Assembly (NCBI GenBank): GCA_021818685.1
Contig: JAKATP010000002.1
Location: forward strand, 180-64,179
DNA: 64,000 bases
Reading direction: 5' to 3'
DNA from: Bacillota bacterium
Lineage (GTDB): Bacteria > Bacillota > Sulfobacillia > Sulfobacillales > JAIMBI01
The translations under genes were made by a program, and so were the position numbers. Within the stretch, counting starts at the first letter, position 1. Each line of letters starts with the position of its first letter. The notes under the pieces are model-generated. The model was not told the origin of the DNA and did no database searches. It saw nothing but the letters and a program-made list of their open reading frames with translations. This document shows positions 19,019 to 28,227 of the stretch, piece after piece.

Positions 19019-19862
19019 AACGGTGCGTCGGGATCTGGACGGCCGTCTTCGCGCGCACCGCGTGATGGTGGTGAAATGGCTCGACCCTCGCATGGTCCGG
19101 GGGCGGACCGGGGCCGAGGCGATTGTGACGCGGCTCGCCGGACAGACGACTCGCGGCGTGGGCCGTCGTGGCAAATTCCTCTTGTGGCGTTTCCAGTCAG
19201 GCGATTGCCTTATCCTGCATCTGGGCATGAGCGGCCGCATCCAGGCGGGCGTGTCACCAGGGGAAGCACGCGTGCCGCACACGCATCTGGTGGTCCGCCT
19301 TGATGACGGAACCGAGCTCAGACTGTCGGATCCGCGACGGTTTGGACGGGTGGAGATGGTGCCGCGGGGGCAGCGGCAACCCTTGGCCCTGGGGCCAGAG
19401 CCCCTGTCGCGCACGTTTACCGCCAACCGGCTGCAGACCCTGCTGGCGGGGCGGAGGGCACCGGTCAAAGGGCTTTTGTTAGATCAGCGAATTCTGGCGG
19501 GCGTCGGAAACATCTATGCGGACGAGGCGCTGTTTCAGGCGGGAATCCACCCGGCGCGCCCTGGCGGGTCGCTGCTGCCCCGGGAGGTAGGCCGCTTGCA
19601 CAGGGCACTCCGGCGGGTCCTGCGGGCAGGACTCCTGCACCGGGGCACCACGTTTCGGAGTTTTCAAGATGGATTTGGGGAGCCTGGTGGCCACGCTCCT
19701 CATCTCAAGGCTTACGGCCGCCGGGGAGAGCCCTGCCGTCGATGCGGCACCGCCATGTCCAGTTCCGTGGTGGCGGGGCGCACGAGCTATTTCTGTTCGG
19801 CCTGCCAGCCGTCGCCGGCCAAATTTGAGCCCGAGGGAGAAGAAGACCGTGCAACACTTTAG
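18996..19862 (+). CDS. mutM: Formamidopyrimidine-DNA glycosylase
   Basis: N-terminus MPELPEVETVRR, a H2TH region, and a C-terminal zinc finger CRRCGTAMSSSVVAGRTSYFCSACQ. Confidence 0.93.
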   Translation: MPELPEVETVRRDLDGRLRAHRVMVVKWLDPRMVRGRTGAEAIVTRLAGQTTRGVGRRGKFLLWRFQSGDCLILHLGMSGRIQAGVSPGEARVPHTHLVVRLDDGTELRLSDPRRFGRVEMVPRGQRQPLALGPEPLSRTFTANRLQTLLAGRRAPVKGLLLDQRILAGVGNIYADEALFQAGIHPARPGGSLLPREVGRLHRALRRVLRAGLLHRGTTFRSFQDGFGEPGGHAPHLKAYGRRGEPCRRCGTAMSSSVVAGRTSYFCSACQPSPAKFEPEGEEDRATL

Positions 19863-20040
19863 CATCACCGTGGATACGAAAGAGCAGCTGGAGGATGTCA
19901 AGACGCGGCTCTGGGATAAGCTGGGCGTCCGCGGCGAGATACAGGTACGCCGACTGGACGGCAAGTACCGGATCGATGTCATCAGCGAACGCGATCTGGC
20001 TCCGAGCCAGCTCGAGAAGTTACCGGGCAAGCACGCCTGA
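19849..20040 (+). CDS. Small hypothetical protein (63 aa)
   Basis: GTG 19849 after GAGGGAGAAG overlaps the mutM 3' end. Its stop overlaps the next ATG (TGATG at 20038-20042). The translation is plausibly globular and charged (VQHFSITVDTKEQLEDVKTRLWDKLGVRGEIQVRRLDGKYRIDVISE). Confidence 0.45.
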   Translation: MQHFSITVDTKEQLEDVKTRLWDKLGVRGEIQVRRLDGKYRIDVISERDLAPSQLEKLPGKHA

Positions 20041-21422
20041 TGCAGCGACTGTGGCCCTGGTTTCTGATCCTGCTGGCCCTGGCCCCGGCCGCCCTCGTGC
20101 ACCCGACGACGCCGCGGGCGCCCGCGCACGTGCACGCCGTGGTGGTGATCGGGGTGGTCGGCGGGGGCGCCACCTTTAATCCCGCCGTCGCTACCACCAT
20201 GCCCGATCGACTCGTTGCCGATAATCTATTTCCCACGCTTTTTAAAGTGTCTCCCCAGGGACTGCTGGCCCCGGGACTGGCCGTGAACGCCAGTGAGAGT
20301 GGGAACCTGGTCAGCGTCACCCTGGGCGCCGACCGCCTGGCCGACCAGACTCCGCTGACCCCAGCCATGGTGGTCCAGGCGCTCTCGGAAACTCTGTGGC
20401 CGTCCACCGATTCATCCGCCGCCCGCTCGCTTTTGGGGGATGTAAAGGGGGCGGGCGCGGTCGAGGCCGGCAAGGCCCAGTACATCTCTGGAATGGCCGA
20501 GACGGGCCCGCGCACTTTGCAGATCACCCTCACGAAGCCGGTGAGCAACTGGGTCTGGCGGCTCGCGAATCCCGCTCTCGGCATCGTCCCGGTCTCCGAT
20601 CTCGTGCATGGCGGCGCTTATTGGAGCATCGCCGATCTGATTGGCACCGGGCCCTTCCGGGTGGTGGCGGACGCGCCTACCGCGGCTATGCAGTTCGAGC
20701 CCCTCGGTGCTCGCGCGCGAACGCCTCTCATCGAACTGGAGCGGTATGGAAACCTGGAGGAAGCGGCGCTGGCCCTGGTGAACGGTGAAGCGTCCGCGGT
20801 CAGTGTGCCCGTGCGCAGCCTCGGCGCGATGTTGGTCAAACCGTTTCGCCCGCATCTGCGATTTTTGGCCGCGACGCCACAGATAGAACTCGTGATCAAT
20901 CCGGCGGCCGCCAACCCGTGGGCCGCCGCGACGGCCAACGGTCCCGCCATCGGACGGGTGGTACGGGCGGCCTTTCACGGCCTGGTGCCATCCGCGCCGG
21001 GGTTTATTCCGAGCGTTTCCTCTCCGCAGGTGTCGTCGCCCTCCAGTAGTGCGGCACCGTCAACGGCGCCCCCGTCATCCTCTTCCCCCCCGGCACGGGC
21101 TCCCCTGCCGCTTTACGTCGACGGACAGGACGCTATGGCGATGGCCATCGCGGCAAGCCTAGAGCGAACTGTTCCCGGATTCTACCGCGTGACCGTATTG
21201 TCGGGTCCTGCGTGGACGACGGCACTCCAGCATGGAAGTATCCCGGCGGCCCTGGTGCGAACGTGGCCGGGCGGCCCTCTCCCGGCCGTCATCTCAAGCT
21301 GGAAGGCGATATCTCTTGCTCCTTCCGGAAGTTTCTGGCTGCTGGCCCCGCAGGTACGGGCGGCCTCGGTACTGGCCAACGGTGCACTCGACTGGAACAT
21401 GTTTACATCCCGCCACGGCTGA
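20040..21422 (+). CDS. Secreted solute-binding-protein-like protein (family 5 SBP fold, orphan)
   Basis: N-terminal signal-like MQRLWPWFLILLALAPAALV and resemblance to peptide/nickel SBPs (FNPAVATT...LFPTLFKVSPQGLLAPGLA). It has a Ser/Pro-rich insert and no adjacent ABC permease or ATPase genes. Confidence 0.5.
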   Translation: MQRLWPWFLILLALAPAALVHPTTPRAPAHVHAVVVIGVVGGGATFNPAVATTMPDRLVADNLFPTLFKVSPQGLLAPGLAVNASESGNLVSVTLGADRLADQTPLTPAMVVQALSETLWPSTDSSAARSLLGDVKGAGAVEAGKAQYISGMAETGPRTLQITLTKPVSNWVWRLANPALGIVPVSDLVHGGAYWSIADLIGTGPFRVVADAPTAAMQFEPLGARARTPLIELERYGNLEEAALALVNGEASAVSVPVRSLGAMLVKPFRPHLRFLAATPQIELVINPAAANPWAAATANGPAIGRVVRAAFHGLVPSAPGFIPSVSSPQVSSPSSSAAPSTAPPSSSSPPARAPLPLYVDGQDAMAMAIAASLERTVPGFYRVTVLSGPAWTTALQHGSIPAALVRTWPGGPLPAVISSWKAISLAPSGSFWLLAPQVRAASVLANGALDWNMFTSRHG

Positions 21423-21438
21423 GGGAGAGGAGCCGCTG

Positions 21439-22041
21439 ATGAAGCTGATTGGCCTCACGGGAGGGATTGCGAGCGGGAAAACCACCGTGAGCCGTCTTAT
21501 CCGCGAGGCAGGTGTGCCCGTGGTGGACGCGGATCAGGTGGTTCATCGCCTGGAGGAGTTAGGCGATCGGGGATGGTGGGCTCTGTACGAGCTCCTGGGT
21601 TTCTCCATCCTGCAGGCGGACGGCCGCCTTGACCGGGTGCGCCTCGGACGGCGGCTCTTTGCGGAGGCCGACACCCGCCAGGAGGTGAACCGGGTTCTGC
21701 ATCCGCTGGTGCGTCAGGAACTCTGGCGGGAAGTTCGTGATTTAGAGGACGCTGGTCACAGCGCCGTGGTGGTAGACGTCCCGCTTCTGTTTGAAGGCGG
21801 CCTCCATCATCTGGTCGACGAGGTGTGGGTGGTGTGGGCCGCCCCCGAGCAGCAGGTGGAGCGACTGATGTCCCGAAACCGCTTCCCAGAGACTGAGGCC
21901 CGGCGGCGTCTTGCCAGCCAGTGGCCGCTTCAGGACAAATTGGCACGCGCAACGCACGTACTGGATAACACGAAGGGGATGGATGAGCTGGCGCGGCAGG
22001 TAAGGCAGTTGGTGAGGGAGCTTAAGGGACGCCGGGGATGA
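21439..22041 (+). CDS. coaE: Dephospho-CoA kinase
   Basis: ATG 21439 after GAGGGAGAGGAG. P-loop MKLIGLTGGIASGKTTV and typical length of about 200 aa. Confidence 0.9.
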   Translation: MKLIGLTGGIASGKTTVSRLIREAGVPVVDADQVVHRLEELGDRGWWALYELLGFSILQADGRLDRVRLGRRLFAEADTRQEVNRVLHPLVRQELWREVRDLEDAGHSAVVVDVPLLFEGGLHHLVDEVWVVWAAPEQQVERLMSRNRFPETEARRRLASQWPLQDKLARATHVLDNTKGMDELARQVRQLVRELKGRRG

Positions 22042-22784
22042 AGTGGCTTCTCGCGGTCGCGATCGTGGCAGCCGCCGCGTTGGCGTCCTGGAACGTGCTG
22101 TATCCGTATGCGTTCAACCATCACGCCCGCGTGCGCCAGCTGGTCTGGCAGGCTTCGCGGACCATGCACGTGGACCCGTGGCTGCTCACGGCGGTCATCG
22201 AATCGGAAAGCCACTTCCAGCCGAATGCTGTCTCCAACCGGGGTGCTGTCGGGCTGATGCAGATCGAGCCCAGCACCGGCCTGTGGGTCGAAGCCCGTGC
22301 ACACATTAGGGGACCGGTGGGCAGTCCGCGCACCAACATACTCATCGGGGCCTGGTACCTGCGCTATCTGCAAGATACGTTTCATGGCAGCATCCTGCTG
22401 GCGCTCGCCGCGTATAACGGCGGTCCGGCCCGGGTTCGCCAGTGGGTCCACAATGGTGATATGCGACCGCAAGACGGCACGGCCCGGATTCCGTTTGGGG
22501 AAACGCGTTACTTTGTGCGGCGTGTGCTCGGCGATTACCATCGCTATTTGTGGATCTCCCAGCATTCCCTGGTCATCGGTCGTCCCCAGACAGGCCATGC
22601 TAGCTCCGGGGAGGTGACGGCCCTGGGTAAGATCCTTAGCGAAGACACGAAGCAAAAGCTGGGACAGCGGATGGGCGTGGACGACATTGTCCGCAAGGAA
22701 GGCTGGGGAGGCGTCTCGGCCCGACAGTGCGGCCTGCTCGTGAAGGAAGCGCTCAAGTACGCCGAACAGCAGCTGAAGTCCTAG
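22038..22784 (+). CDS. Lytic transglycosylase (SLT domain) with unusual C-terminal tail
   Basis: N-terminal TM anchor, then the SLT catalytic region VIESESHFQPNAVSNRGAVGLMQI...AYNGGP. The start overlaps the coaE stop (ATGA). Confidence 0.85.
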   Translation: MKWLLAVAIVAAAALASWNVLYPYAFNHHARVRQLVWQASRTMHVDPWLLTAVIESESHFQPNAVSNRGAVGLMQIEPSTGLWVEARAHIRGPVGSPRTNILIGAWYLRYLQDTFHGSILLALAAYNGGPARVRQWVHNGDMRPQDGTARIPFGETRYFVRRVLGDYHRYLWISQHSLVIGRPQTGHASSGEVTALGKILSEDTKQKLGQRMGVDDIVRKEGWGGVSARQCGLLVKEALKYAEQQLKS

Positions 22785-22873
22785 CCCCCCACGCGGGCCG
22801 GCACCCGCCGGCCCGCGCGTCTGCCTCATAGTTGGCCTCCGAGTCGCGGACGCTACCGCCGGAGGCGATGGAC

Positions 22874-23746
22874 ATGAAGTGGTGGCTCCTCTCACTGTGG
22901 CTCGCGTGGTTCCCGGGAACGCCCGTCCCGCGCATCTTGCAGGTGGTGCCCTCAGCGGCTCCCGTGGTCGAGCCCGCCCTCGGCGCGCCGCCCGTGGCCC
23001 TGCCTTATAAGTGGGCTTCGGTGACGACGAATTACTACCACGCCAGCGCGACCCAGGCGGTGAACATCGAGATTACGGCCAGCCGCATCAACGGGACCCT
23101 CCTGCGGCCGGGACAGATCTTCAACTACTACCGGGTGGTCGGACCCTACACCGCAGCCAACGGATATGGATGGGGCCGCGCCTTCCTCGGTGACCGCATC
23201 GTCCCCTCCGTCGGGGGCGGCGTCTGCCAGGGTGCCAGCACCCTCTATGCCGCCGTGCTGCGGACGGGTCTTCGTGTCCTCGAACGGCATCAACATGGGC
23301 TGCAGGTTCCGTATTTGCCGCCGGGAGAAGATGCCACTGTCTCCGGGTCCTCGCTCAACTTTCGTTTCCAGAACAACACCGCCCACCCGGTGCTGATCCA
23401 GGCCTCCGCATCCGACCACCACTACCACGTCACCATCTGGGGAGACGTACCCGGGCCAAACATCGAAGTGCGCCATGAGGTACTGGCCCGATACGATTTT
23501 CGGACCATCCGGCGCACCGACCCGAAGCTCAAGCCGGGTCAGCAGGAGATCCTGTTCCCCGGCCAGCCTGGAGTCAGGGCGCGCACATGGCTTGAAATTC
23601 ATCGAGGCAGTACGGTCGTGCGGCGCGACCTGGGCATCGACATGTACCGGCCGAGCCCGCGTATCGTGTTGGTGGGGCCGGGTACGGCTGCTCCGACTGT
23701 CAGCATAAGGACGGGGGCGCCATTTCCGGGAGGCTGCAGCCCGTAG
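22874..23746 (+). CDS. VanW family protein
   Basis: ATG 22874 lies 8 nt after GGAGG. VanW core GGGVCQGASTLYAAVLRTGLRVLERHQHGLQVPYLPPGEDATV...LNFRFQNNT. Confidence 0.8.
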   Translation: MKWWLLSLWLAWFPGTPVPRILQVVPSAAPVVEPALGAPPVALPYKWASVTTNYYHASATQAVNIEITASRINGTLLRPGQIFNYYRVVGPYTAANGYGWGRAFLGDRIVPSVGGGVCQGASTLYAAVLRTGLRVLERHQHGLQVPYLPPGEDATVSGSSLNFRFQNNTAHPVLIQASASDHHYHVTIWGDVPGPNIEVRHEVLARYDFRTIRRTDPKLKPGQQEILFPGQPGVRARTWLEIHRGSTVVRRDLGIDMYRPSPRIVLVGPGTAAPTVSIRTGAPFPGGCSP

Positions 23747-23767
23747 AGACGGAGGTGGACGCGACCC

Positions 23768-24586
23768 GTGGCCTGGTTCCTTTACGCGGCGCGCCTCCTC
23801 CTTCTCAGTAGCGAACGGTTGGCGTTCAATCGCCTGGGGCGCGGGGTGCCGCCGTTACCGGCGGCCCTCGTGGCCTATTTTGGTGCGGCGGTTGCGCTCT
23901 TCGCGGCCGACGTGGCGGCGGGCGGCCCGATCATAGACCCGTCGGCCATTCCTGGGGTCCTCATCTACAGTGTGAGCTTCACCCTTTACTTCTGGGCCCT
24001 GTCGGTCGGCCCCTTGTCAGTGGTGGGCGCATGGCCCGCCGCCACAGCGCTGATGCTGTGGCTCTGGCACCCGGAGGGTGGGTTCCAAGCCTTCGCGGGC
24101 GTTGTCCTGGTGGTGATGGGAGGGCTCGTACTCGGGGGGCGTCTGCGCCTGCGTGCGGCGGTCGGGATCTTTATCATGCTGGGCAGTGACGCCTCCCTGG
24201 CCGTCGGCCGTCTGGTCGACGCGCACTTGGCGGTGGGACCACCCATAGCCTACGCCTTCACGTTATTTGCGGGTGTGTCACTCTTGATGGGAGCCGTGGT
24301 GGCGGTCAGCCGCGGACTGGGCTACGCCGTGCGGCTGGCGCGGGCGCGGCCGGGCTGGCTTTTAGCGGCGGCGCTCGTTAATGGGGCGGCTTACCTCACG
24401 TTGATTGGCCTCCTGCAGCACTGGCCGCCATACCTGGTAGAAGCGCTCTCCGGTGCCGCGGGGCTTGTGACTGTTGCCCTGGGCGTTCTGGTGCTGGGAG
24501 AGGGGGACGGCGTCCGTAAGGGACTCGGCGCGGTCCTGCTTTCCCTCGGGTCCGCTCTCCTGGTGCTGACGGAAGTGGGGCGGTGA
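23768..24586 (+). CDS. EamA/DMT-like polytopic membrane protein
   Basis: 272 aa, almost entirely hydrophobic helices with Gly/Ala/Leu-rich repeats in two halves. Family assignment is tentative. Confidence 0.55.
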   Translation: MAWFLYAARLLLLSSERLAFNRLGRGVPPLPAALVAYFGAAVALFAADVAAGGPIIDPSAIPGVLIYSVSFTLYFWALSVGPLSVVGAWPAATALMLWLWHPEGGFQAFAGVVLVVMGGLVLGGRLRLRAAVGIFIMLGSDASLAVGRLVDAHLAVGPPIAYAFTLFAGVSLLMGAVVAVSRGLGYAVRLARARPGWLLAAALVNGAAYLTLIGLLQHWPPYLVEALSGAAGLVTVALGVLVLGEGDGVRKGLGAVLLSLGSALLVLTEVGR

Positions 24587-24587
24587 G

Positions 24588-25400
24588 TCAGTCGAAGAGG
24601 CGCATCTGGGCTCCCGGAACAGGGGACAGACGGTCGCGGAGATACCGCGCCCCGTCGACCGCGTAACTACCGTAGTTGTTGTTCATGAGCACGTGAATCT
24701 CCGCCGCGCGGGTGCCCATCGTTCGCAGATCGGGCAGCCGACCGTCCAGCTCGGACTCGGAATAACGCCACAAGAAGCGCTCCTGGCTCGACGAGAGGCC
24801 GGGTCGGGACCAAGTCGCGGCGTTGCGGCCATGAAAACGGACGTAGGCGAGCTGCGGGGACGTAACGGTCGGATCCCACGGGACCGTCGTGTCTCCCGCG
24901 TCCGGAGCATCGACCGTCACGAGCGGCGTCTCAAGTTCCCGGGCGAGGGTGATCGCGAGCCTGTCCTGATACCACGATCGGTGCCGGAACTCCACGGCCG
25001 CCAGGTAAGGCTGTAAAGCGTCCCGGGCGAGTTCCAGCGTGAGGCGGTGGTCAGCGGTGGCCGTAAACCAGGGAGGCCATTGCAATAGCACGGCACCCAG
25101 CTTGCCACGATGCGCCAACGGTTCCAGAAAGTCCCGGAACCGTGCCAGTTCCCGGGCATCGGAGGGCCGGTGGCCGGTAAGCGAACCCGGAGCCTTCACG
25201 TCAAACCGGAAACCTTCCGGTACTGCCAACGCCCAGCGGTCGCTGACCGAGGGCGGGAGGGCCCCGTAAAAGGTCGCATCGATCTCCACCAGGTTGAACT
25301 CTCGGCTGTAGTACCTAAGACGGTCAGCCGGTTTCACTCCCGGAGGATAGAGCCCTTCGTGGTCGGTGAAGGCGCAGGTTCCGACGTAGAATTGTGACAT
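24588..25400 (-). CDS. DUF72 (UPF0759) family protein
   Basis: MSQFYVGTCAFTDHEGLYPPG...YYSREFNLVEIDATFY matches the characteristic DUF72 N-terminus. 270 aa. Confidence 0.85.
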   Translation of the reverse strand: MSQFYVGTCAFTDHEGLYPPGVKPADRLRYYSREFNLVEIDATFYGALPPSVSDRWALAVPEGFRFDVKAPGSLTGHRPSDARELARFRDFLEPLAHRGKLGAVLLQWPPWFTATADHRLTLELARDALQPYLAAVEFRHRSWYQDRLAITLARELETPLVTVDAPDAGDTTVPWDPTVTSPQLAYVRFHGRNAATWSRPGLSSSQERFLWRYSESELDGRLPDLRTMGTRAAEIHVLMNNNYGSYAVDGARYLRDRLSPVPGAQMRLFD

Positions 25401-25464
25401 GATGCCCTTCTTTGGGTCCCGGATGGCGCGGACGTCTTTAGAATAGCGTGGTGGAGGTGCGGCC

Positions 25465-26016
25465 GTGAAAATTTACACCAAGGGCGGCGACCAGGGGGAG
25501 ACCAGCCTGTGGGGTCAGGCCGGGGAAAAGCGCATCCGGAAGGACCGAACTCGGGTGGAGGCCTACGGCACCATCGACGAGGCGAACGCCGTCCTCGGAT
25601 TGTGCCGCACGGTCGCCCGCGACCCCGAACTGGCCGACGTGCTGCAAAATGTCCAGCACCGGTTGTTTGGGCTCGGCAGCGATCTGGCCACCCTCAACCA
25701 GGCGCGCCGAATCCACGTAACCGACGAAGACGTGACGGAGCTCGAGGCCATCATCGATCGCCTGGAGGGGCAGCTGCCGCCACTCCGGAACTTCATCCTG
25801 CCGGGCGGCGGCGAGCTTGCGAGCCGGCTTCACCAGGCACGGACAGTCGTACGGCGGGCGGAGCGCCGGGTGGTGAGTCTGTACCAGGACGAGCCCGGCC
25901 CGCCTGTGCACCTGCGCTATTTGAACCGGCTCTCCGATCTCCTGTTCGTCATGGCACGAGCGTCGAACCAGCGAGAAGGCGTCGTCGAGGTGCAAGCGCG
26001 CTTCAGGCGTTCGTGA
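25465..26016 (+). CDS. ATP:cob(I)alamin adenosyltransferase, PduO type
   Basis: MKIYTKGGDQGETSL...RVEAYGTIDEANAVLG N-terminus and 183-aa length are typical of PduO-type adenosyltransferases. Confidence 0.9.
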   Translation: MKIYTKGGDQGETSLWGQAGEKRIRKDRTRVEAYGTIDEANAVLGLCRTVARDPELADVLQNVQHRLFGLGSDLATLNQARRIHVTDEDVTELEAIIDRLEGQLPPLRNFILPGGGELASRLHQARTVVRRAERRVVSLYQDEPGPPVHLRYLNRLSDLLFVMARASNQREGVVEVQARFRRS

Positions 26017-26080
26017 ACATCGGGAAGGCAGGCGGTACACTAAGGGAGGATGGAAAGCTGAGCGGCAGGGAGGTGAAGCC

Positions 26081-26515
26081 GTGGCCGTGCGGTTTTTCAC
26101 GGTGACTGAAGCCAACCGTCTGGTGCCGTCTCTCACCGAGACCATGCAGAGACTGCGCGATCTGCAGACGGAGGCGCGCGAGAAATACGAGGAGATGCGC
26201 CGAATTCGTCAGGTCGGCTACCGCACAGACGGCAACCTCATCATGCTGGCCGACTATCAGCGGGCCAAGCACGACTTTGACCACCTGGTGGCGGAGGCGA
26301 ACCGCCGCCTCGGGGAAGTACACGAAATGGGATGCCGGGTGACGGACGTGGAACTCGGTCTTGTCGATTTCCCTGCCCGTCTCGACAGCCATGAAGTGTA
26401 CCTGTGCTGGCAGCTGGGGGAAGATCAGGTGGCTTACTACCATGGACTCCGAGAGGGTTATGGGGGGCGCCGCCCGCTTCCGCCTGCCGATGCGCCGCCG
26501 GCTGTCAAGCCGTAA
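26081..26515 (+). CDS. DUF2203 family protein
   Basis: RFFTVTEANRLVPSLTETMQRLRDLQ...DVELGLVDFP...YLCWQLGE pattern. 144 aa. Confidence 0.65.
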   Translation: MAVRFFTVTEANRLVPSLTETMQRLRDLQTEAREKYEEMRRIRQVGYRTDGNLIMLADYQRAKHDFDHLVAEANRRLGEVHEMGCRVTDVELGLVDFPARLDSHEVYLCWQLGEDQVAYYHGLREGYGGRRPLPPADAPPAVKP

Positions 26516-27086
26516 GGCCGAGCGCGGGCGCGATCGGTTTCATGGCGTCCACGACGAAAGCGATGTGTTGTTCGAGAGGAACGCCCAGAAGCTCGGCGCC
26601 GTCGGTGACGTCCGGGCGGTGAACTCCCCGCGCGAAACCCTTGTCCCGAAGCTTCTTCACCACAGAGGCAGGGGTGACACTCGACAAGTCTCCCCCCTTT
26701 ACCAGTGCCACCGCCACCACGAAGCCCGTGAGCTCGTCGCAGGCGAAAATTGCCTTTTTCAAGAGCGTGTCCCGGGGCAGGGCATTCTCGGTCACGTGGG
26801 ATAGGATGGCGTCGATGACGATAGACGGAAACCCGTTGGCGGCAAGGATCCGGGCGCCTTCAATGGTATGGCGGCCGATGTCGGGGTACTGCTCGTAGTC
26901 GAAGTCATGCAGTAGCCCCACGAGGCCGTAAAGTTCCTCGTTCTCGTTGTGCAGGCGGGCGAAAGCCCGCATGACCGCCTCTACCGCAAGGGCATGCTTA
27001 CGGAGCCGGTCACCAGCCGTGTAGGTCGTCAGTAGCTGCCACGCGCGGTCCCGGCTCGGCAGCGCCTCGCCCGGCGCTGGTGTCAT
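26505..27086 (-). CDS. HD domain (HDIG-type) phosphohydrolase
   Basis: ORF trimmed to ATG 27086 after GAGAGGGTGG. Contains HALAVEAVM and LVGLLHDFDYEQYPD metal-binding motifs. Confidence 0.8.
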   Translation of the reverse strand: MTPAPGEALPSRDRAWQLLTTYTAGDRLRKHALAVEAVMRAFARLHNENEELYGLVGLLHDFDYEQYPDIGRHTIEGARILAANGFPSIVIDAILSHVTENALPRDTLLKKAIFACDELTGFVVAVALVKGGDLSSVTPASVVKKLRDKGFARGVHRPDVTDGAELLGVPLEQHIAFVVDAMKPIAPALGLTA

Positions 27087-27234
27087 GGAGCACCACCCTC
27101 TCTGCGTCTTGTTTAGGCCTCCATCTTGCCACAGAGGTCGGCTTTTTGACGCACCCGGAGGGTCTTTGTACACTAGCGCGGGGGCGGACTGGCCGCCCGC
27201 GGAATTCAGTTTTCGGAGAGAGAGTTGGTCGCCC

Positions 27235-28227
27235 GTGCCCGCGCCATCATCGAATGTTCCGTCCGAATCGCTGCCCGAACTGGTGGACGTGACGGTGGTC
27301 GGGGGAGGTCCCGTCGGTTTATACGGCCTCTATTCGGCTGGACTGCACGGACTATCTGCCCGGCTGTTTGAACGGCTGCCCGTACTGGGGGGACAGCTGG
27401 AAGCGCTCTATCCCGAGAAAGTCATCTTCGACGTGGCCGGATATCCGGCGATCGCGGCCCATGACCTCGTCGACGCGTTGGCGCGTCAAGGTCTCCAGTT
27501 CGGGGCTGACCTGAAACTGGGCACCGAGGTGGTGGGATTCGACGCCGGCCCCGACGGCATCATCGCCGTGAAGACCGCACAGGGTTCTTACCCGACCCGT
27601 TCGGTGGTCCTGGCTGCCGGTATCGGGCGGTTCGAGCCTCGCCATCTGGGCGTGCCCGAGGTGGACAACTTGGAAGGGCGCGGGGTTCACTATTTTGTCG
27701 GCCCGCTGCGTCCCTTTTACGATCGCGACGTGCTCATCGTGGGTGGGGGCAACTCAGCGGCAGATTGGGCGCTCAACCTCGCCGGGAAGGCCCGCTCGCT
27801 GACCCTTATCCATCGTCGAGACGCGTTCCAGTGCCATAAGGACTCGGCGACGAAACTTCATGAGGGTCCGTTTACGCTCATGATGAACCGGATACTGGTT
27901 GGCGTTCGCGAGGAGCGCGGGCACGTGGCGGCCGCCCGTCTGCGGGCCGTGACGACCGGGTCCGAGGAGTGGTTGTCCGTCCAGGAGATTATCGTGGCCA
28001 TTGGCCTCATCCCCAATCTGGGACCGCTTTATAAAAGCGAACTGACCCTCGCAGGCAGCGAGGTGGTCGTCGATCCGGCGGGACGCACCAATGTCCCCTG
28101 GATCTACGCGGCGGGGGACATTGTCTCCTACCCCGCCAAGATCAAGCTCATCGCCACCGGTTTCGGAGAAGTGGCCACCGCTATTTACGACATTTCGCGT
28201 CACCTGATGCCGAGGCCGGCGCACTGA
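27235..28227 (+). CDS. Ferredoxin-NADP+ reductase, thioredoxin-reductase-like (YumC type)
   Basis: VTVVGGGPVGLYGLYSAG...GGQLEALYPEKVIFDVAGYP and a second GGGNSAADWA nucleotide motif. Start trimmed to in-frame GTG 27235 after GGAGAGAGAG, giving the typical length of about 330 aa. Confidence 0.85.
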   Translation: MPAPSSNVPSESLPELVDVTVVGGGPVGLYGLYSAGLHGLSARLFERLPVLGGQLEALYPEKVIFDVAGYPAIAAHDLVDALARQGLQFGADLKLGTEVVGFDAGPDGIIAVKTAQGSYPTRSVVLAAGIGRFEPRHLGVPEVDNLEGRGVHYFVGPLRPFYDRDVLIVGGGNSAADWALNLAGKARSLTLIHRRDAFQCHKDSATKLHEGPFTLMMNRILVGVREERGHVAAARLRAVTTGSEEWLSVQEIIVAIGLIPNLGPLYKSELTLAGSEVVVDPAGRTNVPWIYAAGDIVSYPAKIKLIATGFGEVATAIYDISRHLMPRPAH

